Source: Vulcanimicrobiota bacterium (lineage in GTDB: Bacteria; Vulcanimicrobiota; Vulcanimicrobiia; Vulcanimicrobiales; Vulcanimicrobiaceae). From it: 64,000 nucleotides of DNA. Positions 46,974-58,308 of the stretch are shown one piece after another. The stretch's first letter is position 1; each line of letters opens with the position of its first letter. The translations under genes were made by a program, and so were the position numbers. The notes below the pieces were generated by a model. That model saw nothing but the letters and a program-made list of their open reading frames with translations. It had not been told where the DNA came from and made no database searches. The stretch spans positions 256,001-320,000 of the forward strand of contig CAWETW010000003.1 of NCBI GenBank assembly GCA_963812155.1, written 5' to 3'.

Positions 46974-47705
46974 GTGAAAAGACAGGGCACGCTTTCCTTC
47001 CCGCCGATAGCCTTCGTGAGCGCTACCGTGCTCTCGCTTTTTGGGTTGAGTTGCGTGTGCGCGGTTGCTCAACAATCCGTTAGCGCTTCGCCCGTGATGT
47101 CGCACGCAATGAAGATTCCAGCGCTTCCGCCGGCGTCGGTTGAGCGCGAACTCGATGCATTCGCGCATGCCGTGTCGGGCATCAGCACGTACAGTGCGAC
47201 GGTCACGGTCTTCGATCGAAAAGGTTCCCAGACGCAGAATACGGTCTTCGACTATACGTTCAGCAAGCCGTCGAAGGTAAGAGTCCACGTTGTCGCCGGG
47301 ACGAACACGGGTATCACGCTCGACTGGAACGGCGGTCCAACGATCGTAGCGCATCGCGGTTCGGGTTTGATGGCGTTGTTTTCAAAAACGCTGTCCCTGC
47401 ACGATCCGCTGGTCACGACGCTTCAGGGCGCTTCGATCGATCAGCTCAGTTTCGGCGCGATATTGTCGCACGCGCAACAAGAAGTCGGCAGGCTCTCATT
47501 GAGTTCGGATGGCACGATCGACGGCGTCGCCGCGAACGCCTTGACCCTGACTCCATCCGCTTCGGCCCCGGGCGCGGGACTGACGCGCGAGGTCGTCGAG
47601 ATGTCTGCGGCGACGCATTTGCCGATGCGCGTACTCGGTTACGATGGGCCGACGCTCGTGAGCTCCGTAGGGTTTTCCAACATTAAGCTTACCGCACGCG
47701 AGTAG
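46974..47705 (+). CDS. Hypothetical secreted protein, LolA/lipoprotein-sorting-like
   Basis: AAGGA RBS, signal peptide, YSATV...Y.FSKPSKVR, and T.LP.RV.GY pattern. Confidence 0.55.
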   Translation: MKRQGTLSFPPIAFVSATVLSLFGLSCVCAVAQQSVSASPVMSHAMKIPALPPASVERELDAFAHAVSGISTYSATVTVFDRKGSQTQNTVFDYTFSKPSKVRVHVVAGTNTGITLDWNGGPTIVAHRGSGLMALFSKTLSLHDPLVTTLQGASIDQLSFGAILSHAQQEVGRLSLSSDGTIDGVAANALTLTPSASAPGAGLTREVVEMSAATHLPMRVLGYDGPTLVSSVGFSNIKLTARE

Positions 47706-47800
47706 CGCGTTACTGGTGACTGACGGCCGATTCGGTCGGACAGGCAAGGGACATCATCGTCGTAAGCGAGCCGCTGGGTACGAATAAGAATCGTGCCGGA

Positions 47801-48455
47801 TCAGTCGATTGGAAGCGGCACGTTTCCTTTTCCAATTTGCCGGCTGACGAAATACGCGACGAGCCGTCCAAGAAACGTGAGGTGCGAATGCAGCCATGCG
47901 TAGTCCGCGGGGCACGTCATCTCGCCGCCTTCGATGAGGAGTTGTCCCTTCGAAGCCGTGACGTGGTCGTAGCCGTAGTAGCGGCCGAGATTGCTCGTGT
48001 AGTTGTCGGACGCGAAACCGTAGTGCCAGTAGCGGCCGTAGAACGCTTTCCATGCTTGCGCCAGCGCTTTCGATGCTTCGCCGCGCGGGTATCCGACCGA
48101 AGAGTGAGCGTTGCACGGCCGATTGGGATCGGGGATTGCATCGAAGTGAATGAAGACCGCTACGGCGACGTTGTAGTGCCGCGGTAAGTACGCCGGCATC
48201 CGCAGTACCGAAACGCCGTGGGCTTCCAATACGCGCGTTGCTTCGTTCGCAACGATCGGCGTCCAAACGATTTCGCCGGGAGATCTGCTCGCGCCGGTGT
48301 TGCGGCAAAGGCTCGGCGGCTCGAAGCTGGCAGTCCGGACGGCCCTGATGACCGGCTTGAACGAGCACGTCGGCCGTCGCGACGTCCGCAGCACGAGCGT
48401 GTGGGGTCACCGCACTCAGCGCGACGAGCGTCAAGGCGATTCCTCGTGAGAACAT
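47801..48455 (-). CDS. N-acetylmuramoyl-L-alanine amidase-like secreted protein, frameshift near 48330
   Basis: Signal peptide; VLVQAGH, TGA...GE, FIHFD, LIEGG spacing resembles Amidase_3 zinc ligands. Confidence 0.55.
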
Positions 48456-48553
48456 GCGTCTATAGACCGCTCGATGGCGATAAAGCCCTCCCTCGATCTC
48501 TACTCTCATGCTTCATTCAGATAAGGGCGGCAAAGCGTGGGTAAGAGCTTTCC

Positions 48554-49582
48554 ATGCGACTCATACAACGGTTCCTTCCAATCGCACTGATGGCGCTGAG
48601 CCTGTTTCTACCGACAGCGGCAAATGCGCAGGTATACGTCAGCCTGGTTGCTCCTCCGCTCATGCCCGTGTACGAGCAGCCTCAAGTGACGGTGCAGAAC
48701 TCGGTCTGGACGCCCGGTTATTGGGCCTGGGGTTCGCAAGGTTACTACTGGGTTCCAGGCACGTACGTGCAACCGCCTTCGGTCGGTATGTACTGGACGC
48801 CGGGATTCTGGGGCGAAAATCCCAACGGCACCGGTTATGCGTGGAATGACGGATACTGGGGCCCGAACGTCGGTTACTACGGCGGTATCAACTACGGTGG
48901 CGGATACTACGGCACCGGCTACGTCGGCGGCAATTGGTACGGTAACGCGTTCCGCTACAATACCGCGGTCACCCCGGTGGACGTTCGACGCATTCACACC
49001 GTCTACGTCAATAGAACGGTCGTCGTGCGTAACGTCAATCGCTACGCTTACAACGGTCCGGGCGGCGTCCGCATGTTTCCCAACGCGCAGCAGCGCGTTT
49101 GGATGCACGAGCGCCACGTTGGTCTCACGGCAGTGCAGCGCGCGCATATCGAAGAGGCGCGGCAAGATCGTAATCTCTACGTCAAGTACAACGGCGGTCA
49201 CCCGAATCAAATCGTAGCGACCCATCCGTTGAGCGCGACCAACCGTCCGAAGGACTTCAAGCCGATTACGACCGCGGCCGCCAAACCGCAGCAGATGCAC
49301 CCGAACGCGCAACCGCATCAAGCTGCTCCGAAAGCGGCTCCCCATCAAGCAGCGCCCGAACACAAGCAGCCGCCGGCAGCACAAACTCAGGCAAAGCCTC
49401 CAGTTCAAAAGGCCCCGCCGGCACATCCGCAAGAGAAAGCTGCACCTAAGCCTCCGTCCGCGCAAGCGCCGCAGGTGAAGGCACCGCAGCAAAAAGCACC
49501 GATGGCGCGCCCGCCCGAACAGCAGCACCAGCAGCAAAAGAAACCGCCCGCGGCAAAGGCAACGAAAGGCCCGCGAGCCTAA
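48554..49582 (+). CDS. YXWGXW-repeat secreted protein with Pro/Gln/Ala/Lys-rich tail
   Basis: VWTPGYWAW...YYWVPG, YWTPGFWG, GYWGPNVGYYGGINYG; low-complexity C-terminus. Confidence 0.85.
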   Translation: MRLIQRFLPIALMALSLFLPTAANAQVYVSLVAPPLMPVYEQPQVTVQNSVWTPGYWAWGSQGYYWVPGTYVQPPSVGMYWTPGFWGENPNGTGYAWNDGYWGPNVGYYGGINYGGGYYGTGYVGGNWYGNAFRYNTAVTPVDVRRIHTVYVNRTVVVRNVNRYAYNGPGGVRMFPNAQQRVWMHERHVGLTAVQRAHIEEARQDRNLYVKYNGGHPNQIVATHPLSATNRPKDFKPITTAAAKPQQMHPNAQPHQAAPKAAPHQAAPEHKQPPAAQTQAKPPVQKAPPAHPQEKAAPKPPSAQAPQVKAPQQKAPMARPPEQQHQQQKKPPAAKATKGPRA

Positions 49583-49608
49583 TACAGACCCAAGTAAGGT
49601 AAAACAAG

Positions 49609-49766
49609 GGACACACTCCACAGTGCGACGACACGACCGACGGGACGCGCGACGACGATACGAAGCGCGTCCCGTTCATTTCCATTCCGCCGGCGGCCGA
49701 TCGTGTCAGGGCGTGTTGATGTGGACGTCGTACCAGTCGTCCCGGCGCGAGTCCTTGAGGTGTCCT
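49609..49766. ncRNA. Candidate multi-stem structured RNA
   Basis: Five nested complementary segments in an intergenic gap (see findings). Confidence 0.4.
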
Positions 49767-49767
49767 A

Positions 49768-50385
49768 CTACGTGCTTGCGGCTTTCGCCTTGGCTGGGCG
49801 AGATTCGCGAAGAGATGGCTTCGCGTTTTTTTCCGCGAAGAGCGCGATGGCGGCGTCGTTGAACTTGGGGATGTCGGCGGGTTTGCGGCTGGTCACGAGC
49901 AGTTCGTCACGAACGACCGCCTGATCGACCCACGTGCCGCCGCCGTTGACGATGTCGGTCCGCAGCGACGGCCACGACGTCATCTTGCGGTCGCGCACGC
50001 ATCCCGTTTCGACGAGCAGCCATGGGCCGTGACAGATCGCGGCTATGGGTTTCCTCGCGATCTCCATCGCATGCGCGAAAAGCACCGCCTTGTTGTTCGT
50101 GCGCAACGTATCGGGGCTGCGCACGCCTCCGGGCAGGAGCAGCGCGTCGAAGTTGGACGGATTCGCGTCGGCGAGACTCACGTCAACCGGAAAGGCGTCG
50201 CCTTTTTCGTCGCTGTTCCACCCTTGTACGGTCGAAGTCTGCGGCGAGACGATCGTGGTAACGGCGCCGGCCGCGCGCAGCGCCTCGCGAGGCTCGGTGA
50301 GTTCGATTTGTTCGAAGCCGTCGTCGACCAAAATGGCGACGCGCACGCCATGCAGCGGTTGAGCGGACGATGATGAATCCTGCAT
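49768..50385 (-). CDS. PfpI/DJ-1 family protein (YhbO-like)
   Basis: VAILVDDGFEQIEL, LLPGG, AAICHGPW, TSWPS, VTSRKPAD. Confidence 0.9.
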   Translation of the reverse strand: MQDSSSSAQPLHGVRVAILVDDGFEQIELTEPREALRAAGAVTTIVSPQTSTVQGWNSDEKGDAFPVDVSLADANPSNFDALLLPGGVRSPDTLRTNNKAVLFAHAMEIARKPIAAICHGPWLLVETGCVRDRKMTSWPSLRTDIVNGGGTWVDQAVVRDELLVTSRKPADIPKFNDAAIALFAEKNAKPSLRESRPAKAKAAST

Positions 50386-50462
50386 GGCTGCGGAATACCC
50401 GCCGGGCCTTCACCATAAACGAGCGGGCCGGGATTCGGCGGGAAACCCGAGAACCGGGACGC

Positions 50463-51296
50463 GTGGCCGCCGCGCAAACGGGCGATCTCAACCCGCACGC
50501 CGTTCAGATGGCCGACGAGTCGATGGTGCGCAATCTCGACGCGCAGGCGCGCGCCATTTGGCCGCAGGAAGCGTCGCTCTTGGCCCGTTACCGGCTCCCC
50601 GAGCGAGCGAGCATCCTGGATGCGGGCTGCGGCACCGGTGAGATCTCGTCGCGTCTGGCCTTGGCGTTTGCGCAAGCCGAAGTGCTCGGCGTCGACATCG
50701 TCGACGCGCATCTCGAACTCGCGCGCTCGCGGTACTCCGGCCTCGCGCCGCGACTGCGCTTCGAACATCAGAGCGTCTACGACCTGCGGGAGCCGGACGG
50801 GCGATTCGATCTGACGGTTTGCCGGCACGTGCTGCACGCGATTCCACACGCGGAAGCGGTCGTGCGCGAACTGGCCCGCGTTACCCGTCCCGGCGGTTAC
50901 GTGCACTTGATTCCTGAAGACTACCGCATGTTGCACTTCCAAAGCCGCGACGGGCGGGATCCCAGCGATTTCTGGCACACCGGTCCGCTCGAGTTCGGAG
51001 CGGCAACGGACACCGATCTGTTCATCGGACGCAACGTCTTCTCGATCCTTATGCGCCTCGGATTGCGGGACATCGCGATGGAGTACGTCGTCGTGGACAC
51101 CCTGCGGACGCCGCGCGAAACCTTCGCCGCAATCATCGAAGCCTGGCGCGACGGATACGTCGATGCCATCGCGGAGCATACGTCGTACTCGCGGGAAGAC
51201 GCAATCGCGTATTTCGATGCGATGGCCGCCGTCATCCGCGACCCGCTCGGCTATGCGTGCTGGCTGTTGCCCGTCGCCAGCGCGCGGGTTCCGTGA
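50463..51296 (+). CDS. Class I SAM-dependent methyltransferase
   Basis: ILDAGCGTG, GVD, FDLTVCRHVL, RVTRPGG; start uncertain. Confidence 0.85.
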   Translation: MAAAQTGDLNPHAVQMADESMVRNLDAQARAIWPQEASLLARYRLPERASILDAGCGTGEISSRLALAFAQAEVLGVDIVDAHLELARSRYSGLAPRLRFEHQSVYDLREPDGRFDLTVCRHVLHAIPHAEAVVRELARVTRPGGYVHLIPEDYRMLHFQSRDGRDPSDFWHTGPLEFGAATDTDLFIGRNVFSILMRLGLRDIAMEYVVVDTLRTPRETFAAIIEAWRDGYVDAIAEHTSYSREDAIAYFDAMAAVIRDPLGYACWLLPVASARVP

Positions 51297-51330
51297 TAGG
51301 GTGAAGACTCCGGGCGAGAGGAGCGTTGCT

Positions 51331-52680
51331 ATGGCACGTGCGCGCACGGTCTCGGCGGCCGCCGCCGCCATCTTTCTGCTTTCGGCCTGCTCGAGTGCCG
51401 GCACGGTTCCGGCGCCGGGCGCCGCCGCTGCGCACGCGGTGCATTCCACCGTCGCGCAAATCCACCACGTCGTCGTCATGGTGCAGGAGAATCGCAGCTT
51501 CGACGATCTCTTCGCGACGTTTCCCGGCGCCGACGGCGCGACGAGCGGCATGATGCACAACGGAGAAATCGTTCCGCTCAAAGAGGTCGGACTAGCGGCG
51601 CTCGACATCAACCACACCTATCCGACGTATCTGCAGGATTACGACAACGGGCAAATGGACGGCTTCGACCTTTCGAAATACGGCACCGGACAAAAGGCGG
51701 GCAAATATCCGTACCAATACGTCAATCCGTCAAAAATTCAACCGTATTGGACGCTGGCGCGAAACTACGTGCTCGCCGACCATATGTTCCAAACGCAAGG
51801 CAGCGGCAGTTTCACGGCCCACCAGGATCTCATCGCCGGCGCAACCGCCGTCGACGCGAACGACAGCATCGTGGACGATCCGTCGAGCGCCTGGAGCTGG
51901 GGATGCGACGCGAAGCAAGGCACGGTCACGTCGCTTATCACGACGGACTTACAGTATCTCTTCGATAAGGGACCGTACCCGTGTTTAAGGTATCCGTCGG
52001 GCACGCTGCGCGATAAACTCGACGCAAAGCACGTCTCGTGGAAATATTACACGCCGCCGCATCGCGGCAGCACCGCCGGCGCGCTATGGAACGCCTACGG
52101 CGCCATCTTTGCCGTCCGTTACGGCCCCGAGTGGCGCACGAAGATTTCGATTCCCGAAACGAACGTTCTCAGCGATATCACCGCCGGAAAATTGCCCGCG
52201 GTATCGTGGGTGATTCCCGACCAACTCGATTCGGATCATCCCAACGGGTTGAACAAACAATACGACGGTCCGTCGTGGGTCGCATCGGTCGTCAATGCGA
52301 TCGGGCAGAGCAACTATTGGGATTCGACGACGATCGTGATCCTATGGGACGACTGGGGCGGATTTTACGACAACGTCCCGCCGGCGTTCATTGACGACGC
52401 GGGCGGCCTCGGCTTCCGCGTTCCGATGCTGGTCGTGTCGCCGTACGTCAGTCCGGGGCACGTCGCACACACGCAATACGAGTTCGGAAGCGTCCTGAAA
52501 TATATCGAGCAGACCTTCGGCCTAGGATCGCTCGGCACGACCGACGCGCGCGCGACTTCGATCGGGAACATCCTGCACTTGAGTCAAAAGCCGCTGCCCT
52601 TCACGCCGATCCCGTCGGAAAAGTCGCGCAGTTACTTTCTGCACCGCCCGCCCTCTTACGAGCCGGTCGACACCGAATAG
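51331..52680 (+). CDS. Phosphoesterase family lipoprotein (paralog of 19720-21093)
   Basis: Lipobox LSAC; IHHVVVMVQENRSFDDLF, SDHP, WDDWGGFYD, GFRVP; ends in PVDTE. Confidence 0.85.
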   Translation: MARARTVSAAAAAIFLLSACSSAGTVPAPGAAAAHAVHSTVAQIHHVVVMVQENRSFDDLFATFPGADGATSGMMHNGEIVPLKEVGLAALDINHTYPTYLQDYDNGQMDGFDLSKYGTGQKAGKYPYQYVNPSKIQPYWTLARNYVLADHMFQTQGSGSFTAHQDLIAGATAVDANDSIVDDPSSAWSWGCDAKQGTVTSLITTDLQYLFDKGPYPCLRYPSGTLRDKLDAKHVSWKYYTPPHRGSTAGALWNAYGAIFAVRYGPEWRTKISIPETNVLSDITAGKLPAVSWVIPDQLDSDHPNGLNKQYDGPSWVASVVNAIGQSNYWDSTTIVILWDDWGGFYDNVPPAFIDDAGGLGFRVPMLVVSPYVSPGHVAHTQYEFGSVLKYIEQTFGLGSLGTTDARATSIGNILHLSQKPLPFTPIPSEKSRSYFLHRPPSYEPVDTE

Positions 52681-53714
52681 CTCTGCAGCACCGCCGCGGT
52701 GAGGTCGCGCGCGTGCGCGGGGGCCGCCCCGGTGTAGACGCGGCCGAGCCCGTGCGCCGCCGCGATCTTCGCCGCGCGCGCTTCTGCCGACGCAACGATT
52801 TGCGCGCGCAATGCGTCGCGCTCGCGCTGCAGGGCGGCAATCTCCTGTTTGACCGATGCGCGATCGGCGTCGCCGCTGTCCCGCACCGCGAGCAAACGCT
52901 TTGTGAGGTCGGCGCGCGCGGCGGCGAAGCGGGCAGCCGTACTCGCGCCGGACGCGTTGCTCCACTGCGGAATCCACGCCGCTGCGGACTGAGTCTCGAT
53001 TGAGAGCGTTCGCGTGGCGCGAGCGTGCGCGGCAACGTCGGCGGCCATAGAAGAAACCGATGCGATTGCCTCGGCCTGCCGTTGCGCGCGGTACGCCGCC
53101 AGTTCGGCGTCGTCGCGCGCGCGAGCCGCGGCGACCAGCGCCGCTTCGCGAGCATCGAGCGCGGCCAGCTCGGCGGTGTCGCGTCGCCGCGTCGCGGCAT
53201 CGAGGTGTAAATCGCGCAGCTTCAACTGCAGGACGAGCCGCTGGCCGCCGTGCGCGCGTTCGTAGCCGTACGCGATCGTGGCTTCTCGTTCGCGCATCTG
53301 CGCCGCGCGCAACGCGGTCGCGCGTTCGGCCCGTGCCAATGCGGCGCGCCGGAACGGTTCGACGGCAGCACCGAAATCGTGCGCGGGCTGGGCCGTCGAT
53401 TTCGGCAGCGCGACGGGTTCGGCGTGCAGTCCGTTCAACCGTCGCGCTCCGGCGTCGAGGCGGCGAGCGACGTCGGTTGCGCTCGTGCCGATGGCGGCGC
53501 GCGTTCCGGCAAAAGCGGCGTCGTTCGACGCGCGGCGCAACACGGCCAAGTCGGCGTCGTACTGCGCGAGCATCGCTGCGAACGGCGGTCCGGCGAGTAC
53601 GCGCGCGAGATCGATGCGCGCGGGCGTGGCGCCCAAAGCCGGCTGCGGCTGCGCGACCGGATGCGGAGAGCAACTCACGAGCAGCGCGACGAGGACGAGG
53701 CAAGCGCGCGTCAC
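52656..53714 (-). CDS. Coiled-coil lipoprotein, distantly OmpH/Skp-like
   Basis: GTG overlaps the tamB stop; lipobox LVSC; RIDLARVL at the N-terminus and A.KIA..HGL..V...DLT.AVL at the C-terminus. Confidence 0.55.
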   Translation of the reverse strand: MTRACLVLVALLVSCSPHPVAQPQPALGATPARIDLARVLAGPPFAAMLAQYDADLAVLRRASNDAAFAGTRAAIGTSATDVARRLDAGARRLNGLHAEPVALPKSTAQPAHDFGAAVEPFRRAALARAERATALRAAQMREREATIAYGYERAHGGQRLVLQLKLRDLHLDAATRRRDTAELAALDAREAALVAAARARDDAELAAYRAQRQAEAIASVSSMAADVAAHARATRTLSIETQSAAAWIPQWSNASGASTAARFAAARADLTKRLLAVRDSGDADRASVKQEIAALQRERDALRAQIVASAEARAAKIAAAHGLGRVYTGAAPAHARDLTAAVLQSYSVSTGS

Positions 53715-56700
53715 GGGAACTTCCTTCCAATTTTTAGATCGACGCCGTTGGCGCCGGTGTCGAGCGGAATCGTCGCGGCACTGGGTGCGTTGAGACCTTG
53801 CACGAGGAACGGCGTGAAACCGAACAAGTTCGAACCCTGCGAACTGTAGGCCGTGAGTTCCAGTTGCGTCCGGTCGCTGGGATGCACGTCGAGGCTCCAC
53901 GACTCGCGGCGCGCTTGATTGAACGTGTCCGCGAAGACGAAGCTCACGTCCCTGCCGAGCGCCTTGACCGCGTTGACCCCGAGGCCGCCTTGCACGTCGG
54001 TGGTCAGCTGCAGATTTTCCAAACCGAGATCTCCGCCCAGCGCGACCGACAGCGGTTCGAGCAGGTTGCGCGTGAAGAGCGTGTCGAGTTGCCCGGCAGC
54101 CAGATTCGTAACCGCCGACGACGCCGAGAACGAGCCGCCGCCCGTCGCGGCGACGCCCTGCACCGCGCCCAGCGACTGCGCGTTGACGAGCAAGCCGAGA
54201 ATCTGTTGGCGATCGTAGGACGGGTCGGAGGCGAATGCGACGTTGAGGTTCGTCGCCGGACCCGTCACGCGCAACGCGACGTTCGTTTCCGGATTCGCAA
54301 TGAACGTCGTAGCTGTGGCGTCCACGTCGGGAACGATTCCGCTCGACGGATCGAAGGAGACGGTCGCGCGCACAACGCGGAAATCGCGGAAGAAGTTGAC
54401 CGTCCCGCCCGTCGATGCGATGGTGCCGGCCAGATGCGGATCCGCCAGCGATCCGAACGCGTGGACGCTGCCCGCAATGCCGACGTCGACGTTCGGGCTG
54501 ACGACGCGCACGTCGCGCCCGACGGCGGCGTGCACGTTTATTCCGAGCGGAAGCGGCGCCGCGGGCGCGTTATCTCCTTTTGAATTGTACAGCGCCGTGA
54601 CCGGAATCCGCGCGCTGTCCAGCGCCACGTTCCCCGACAACAGCGCACGCCGTTCCGGTGCGCGCGTCAACGCGACGTCGCCGTCGAAGCGGCCTTTCAC
54701 GTACTGCGGCAGATCGAGACGCGCGGAGCGAGCGTGAAGATTCAGCGCCATCGCGACGCGGCCGAGATCGCGGACGTTCGGAATTGTCGCGCTGCCGTCG
54801 GCGGTGATGGAGCCTCCGCCGGCTTGCGCGCCGGCGTCTTCCAAACGTACGGTCGTTCCCGAGAATGCGAGCGCGCCCGCGAGGTTGGTGATCGGCACGC
54901 GCTCTTGCGGTCCGGAGAACGATCCCTGCGCGAGCGTCAATCGGCCTTGCAGCTGCGGCGCGCGCAGACTGCCGCGCACGTCGACGCGTCCGTCGACGCG
55001 GCCGGAAACCGCCGTGCCTTTCGGCAAGAGATCGGCAACGTTTGAAGCCTCGACGTCGTCGGCGACGAGTTGCGCGCTGACCGGACGGCCTTGCGGATCG
55101 AGCGCAAACGGCATCGCGCGAATCGGAACCGTGGCGCGCCCGGTCACACGGCCTTTCCGCAAGTCGACTTCGCCGGAAACGAGGCTGACGCTGCGTTCGT
55201 CGGCGTGCACGTTCCCGATGACGCGCGGAACGGCGAGTTTGCCGTAGCGGGCGCCGGTGAGCACGAACGCATCGTCCAGCGCGGGGTTGCGCGGCGTACC
55301 GCGCACGTGCAGCGTCGTATCGAGTGCGCCGGCTGCATCGAACGTTTTACCGAACGCAATCGCAGCCAGCGCCGCGACGTTTGGACTCGTCGCGTGAAAC
55401 GCGACGTCGAGCGCATCGTCCGGATGCATGCCGAAGGTTCCCGCGCCGGTGACGCTCGCGTGCGGCATCGTCAGCGTCGCACTCTGGATGCGTCCGCGTC
55501 CGTCGCGCACGTTCGCCGCGAGGGCGATGCGATCGATCGGGACGCGTCCGGCGCTCGCGTGCGCGACGGTGGCATTCAGGGTTGCGTCGAGATTGGGATA
55601 TCGGCCGGCCGCCGTGAGGTCGGCGTCGGCCAAACCGGAAATCGGAATGCCGGCGCCCATGAACGCGCTCCATCGCGACAGGTCGAGGTCGCGCGCGTGC
55701 GCGACGAGATCGACGTCGCCGCCGAGTCCGACGGTGCCCGACGCGGAGACGCGCCCGAACGGTCCGCGCACCGCCAACGTCGTCGCGATTCGCCGGCCGC
55801 TGCCGCGCCACGCCGCATCGGTCGCGCCGAAATCGAAGCCGCGCAGGCTCGCATCGTGCAATCCGGCGCTGCCCTCGGTTGCGACGATCGTGCCGTTGGA
55901 GAGCGAAACCCCTGCGCGTACGGCGCCTTCGCCGCCGAGCATGTCGCCGGCATCGAAGAAATCGTTGAAGTCGGCGAGATCGGCATGCGGTGCGTCCACC
56001 GTAAGGCGCTGCGACGCCGGGCTCGCCGCCGCATCGAACGCGACGCCGGTCGAACCGACGGTCACGCTGCCGCCGCTCAGTGCGATCGACGACGGCGTAC
56101 CGTTCACGGTCGCGTGGAGATCGTGAAACGCGAGTCCGTTGAAGGCGCCTTCGGGAATCGCCGCACTGCCGCGAATCGAGGGCGCCAAACCTGACCCTCC
56201 GACGTGGAGGCGCGCCGTCGCCGAGCCTTCGACGAGATTTGCCGCACTCGACCGTACCAGCGACGCAACCGCTGCCAGATCCGCAGAGTCGAGCGTCGTC
56301 CAGAGGTCGTAACGCGGTGCGCCGCCCGGCACGCCGCGAACGTTGCCGCGAACGTCGGCAAAGTTTCCGCCGGCGGCAACGGCTGCATCGTCGACGTGCA
56401 CCGTCCCGCGATCGAATGCGACGACCGCCGCCGCAACGCCGCCCGCGTCGCCGATGCCGCGTGCGCTCACGCCGGCCGCGACTTCCGATTGTGGCGTTCG
56501 CCCCAGACGGACGCGCACGCGCGCCACGTCGCCGAACTTGGTGCGCACGCCGGTCAACTGCGCCGACCCCGCCGCGCGCAGCGTCGCTCCTTGCACGCGT
56601 GCGGCGACGTTCGAGTCGAGCGTTCCGGCAACGCGCGGCAAGGCGATCGGCCAGTGATTCGCGCGAACGTACGCGTCGTAGGTGCGGTGCGGACGATCCG

Positions 56701-58250
56701 CGCCGGCGATAACGTATAACGACGAACCCGGCCGTTGGGCGCGTAGCGGCCCGATCGTGCCGACGCCGTCGGAGCGTAGATCGAATGCGGAGGCGAGCGT
56801 CGTGCCCCCAGCGGAGCCGTAGAGCACACCGCGAGCCGTTACGAGCGACGGACGATCGCCGGTCGCCAGCACGACGCCGTGCAGCGGCAGGCCCGGCAGT
56901 ACCGCGTCTGCATATGGAACGGCGGTGGAGGGCGCGTCGAACCCGGCCAGCATCTCGACGCTGCCGGCACCGGCGTGCGTACCGAGCCGTCCGCGCGCGA
57001 CCGCTTCGATGCCGCCGTATCGCGTGTGGAATCCGATGAGGTCGACGTCGCTGCCGTCGAAGGCGAGCAGCGCGCTGGTTTTCGAAACCGCATAGGTCGC
57101 GTAACTCGCGTGCGGCGATTGTAAGGCGACTTCGACGAGCGGTTTCGCCGCCGCGCCTTCGGCAATGACGTCGAGGCGAACCGGGCCGTGCAGCGGCAGC
57201 CGCGCGCTTTGCGGCAGGACGCTGCGCAGGGCTGCGAGATCGCCGTGCGTCGACATCGTGACGTGCACGCGGGGAGCGCTCGTGCCGTAAACGCCGCCGT
57301 CGAAGCGCATCGGCAAACCGGCAAGCGTCGCCGTGACGCCGTCGAGCAATAACCCATTTCCGTAGACGGCTAGCCGCCCGTGCAGATCGCGCACGGGTTT
57401 GGCCAGACCTCCGACGGCAAGACGGCCGCCCTCGAGCGTCGCGCCGGCGCTGACGTGCTGCACGAGGCCGCCGTTCGCAGACGGCAGCGAAACGATCGAG
57501 GCGTCGAAATCGCGCAGCGATCCCCGTACGAAACGCAGTTGCGGCGTGTCGAGCGCCACGTTCGCGAGCCGCGCGATCGGCAACGCGGCACTATGCCAAC
57601 GTTGGAAACCGAAACCGCTCGCAACGTCGACGTCGCCGTTACCGGCAATCGGATAGCGCCGGCCGTCTTGCAACGTACGTCAGGGTCGCATGGTAGCGGG
57701 AGCGCGCGTTGGTTGCGACCGCGAGATCGGCATCGATGCCGGCGATCGCCAGATGTTGGCCCGGCCCGCGCGGTTGCGTGAAATCGTACACGTCGAGTGA
57801 CGCGTCGCGCACGCGCCCGGCAAAGATGAACGGCGCCTCCGGGGCGCTGCCGCTCCCGGCCTTGGGGAGCGGAAGGCTCAGCGTTCCGTCGTGATGCCGG
57901 GTGATGACGAGATGCGCGCCTTCGACGTCGAATCCGGTCAGCCCGAACGCGTGCGCGCTGCCTGGGAGCAGATCGCGCCATGCGTAGCCGACCCTCGCCG
58001 AAGCAACGTCGGCAATCGTTTCGCGCGCGGCGTTTTCGACGTGAATCCGGCTCGCGACCACGTCGTGTGCATCGACGTGGAGCGCACCGAACGACACGTG
58101 CAGGCCGGTCATCGACGCCAAGCCTGCCACGATAGCCGCGCGCGCGATTGCTTGGCGAAACGCAATGGCGAGCGCGACGCTCGCGATCGCGAGGGCTGCA
58201 AACCCTGCGATTCTTGCGTAACGGTGCGCAGCGTGGTGCGTCGGCGGCAT
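53711..58250 (-). CDS. tamB: Translocation/assembly module TamB (AsmA-like, DUF490), frameshift near 57675
   Basis: About 1,500 aa with an N-terminal TM anchor, beta-taco-like repeats, and C-terminal DUF490-like V.GP...L...F.SDP...QILGLL. Confidence 0.75.
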
Positions 58251-58308
58251 GGGACGAATGTTCCCGCAAGCAGGCGGGCCTAAGCGGGTCGCCGCCGCCT
58301 CTGAGACG

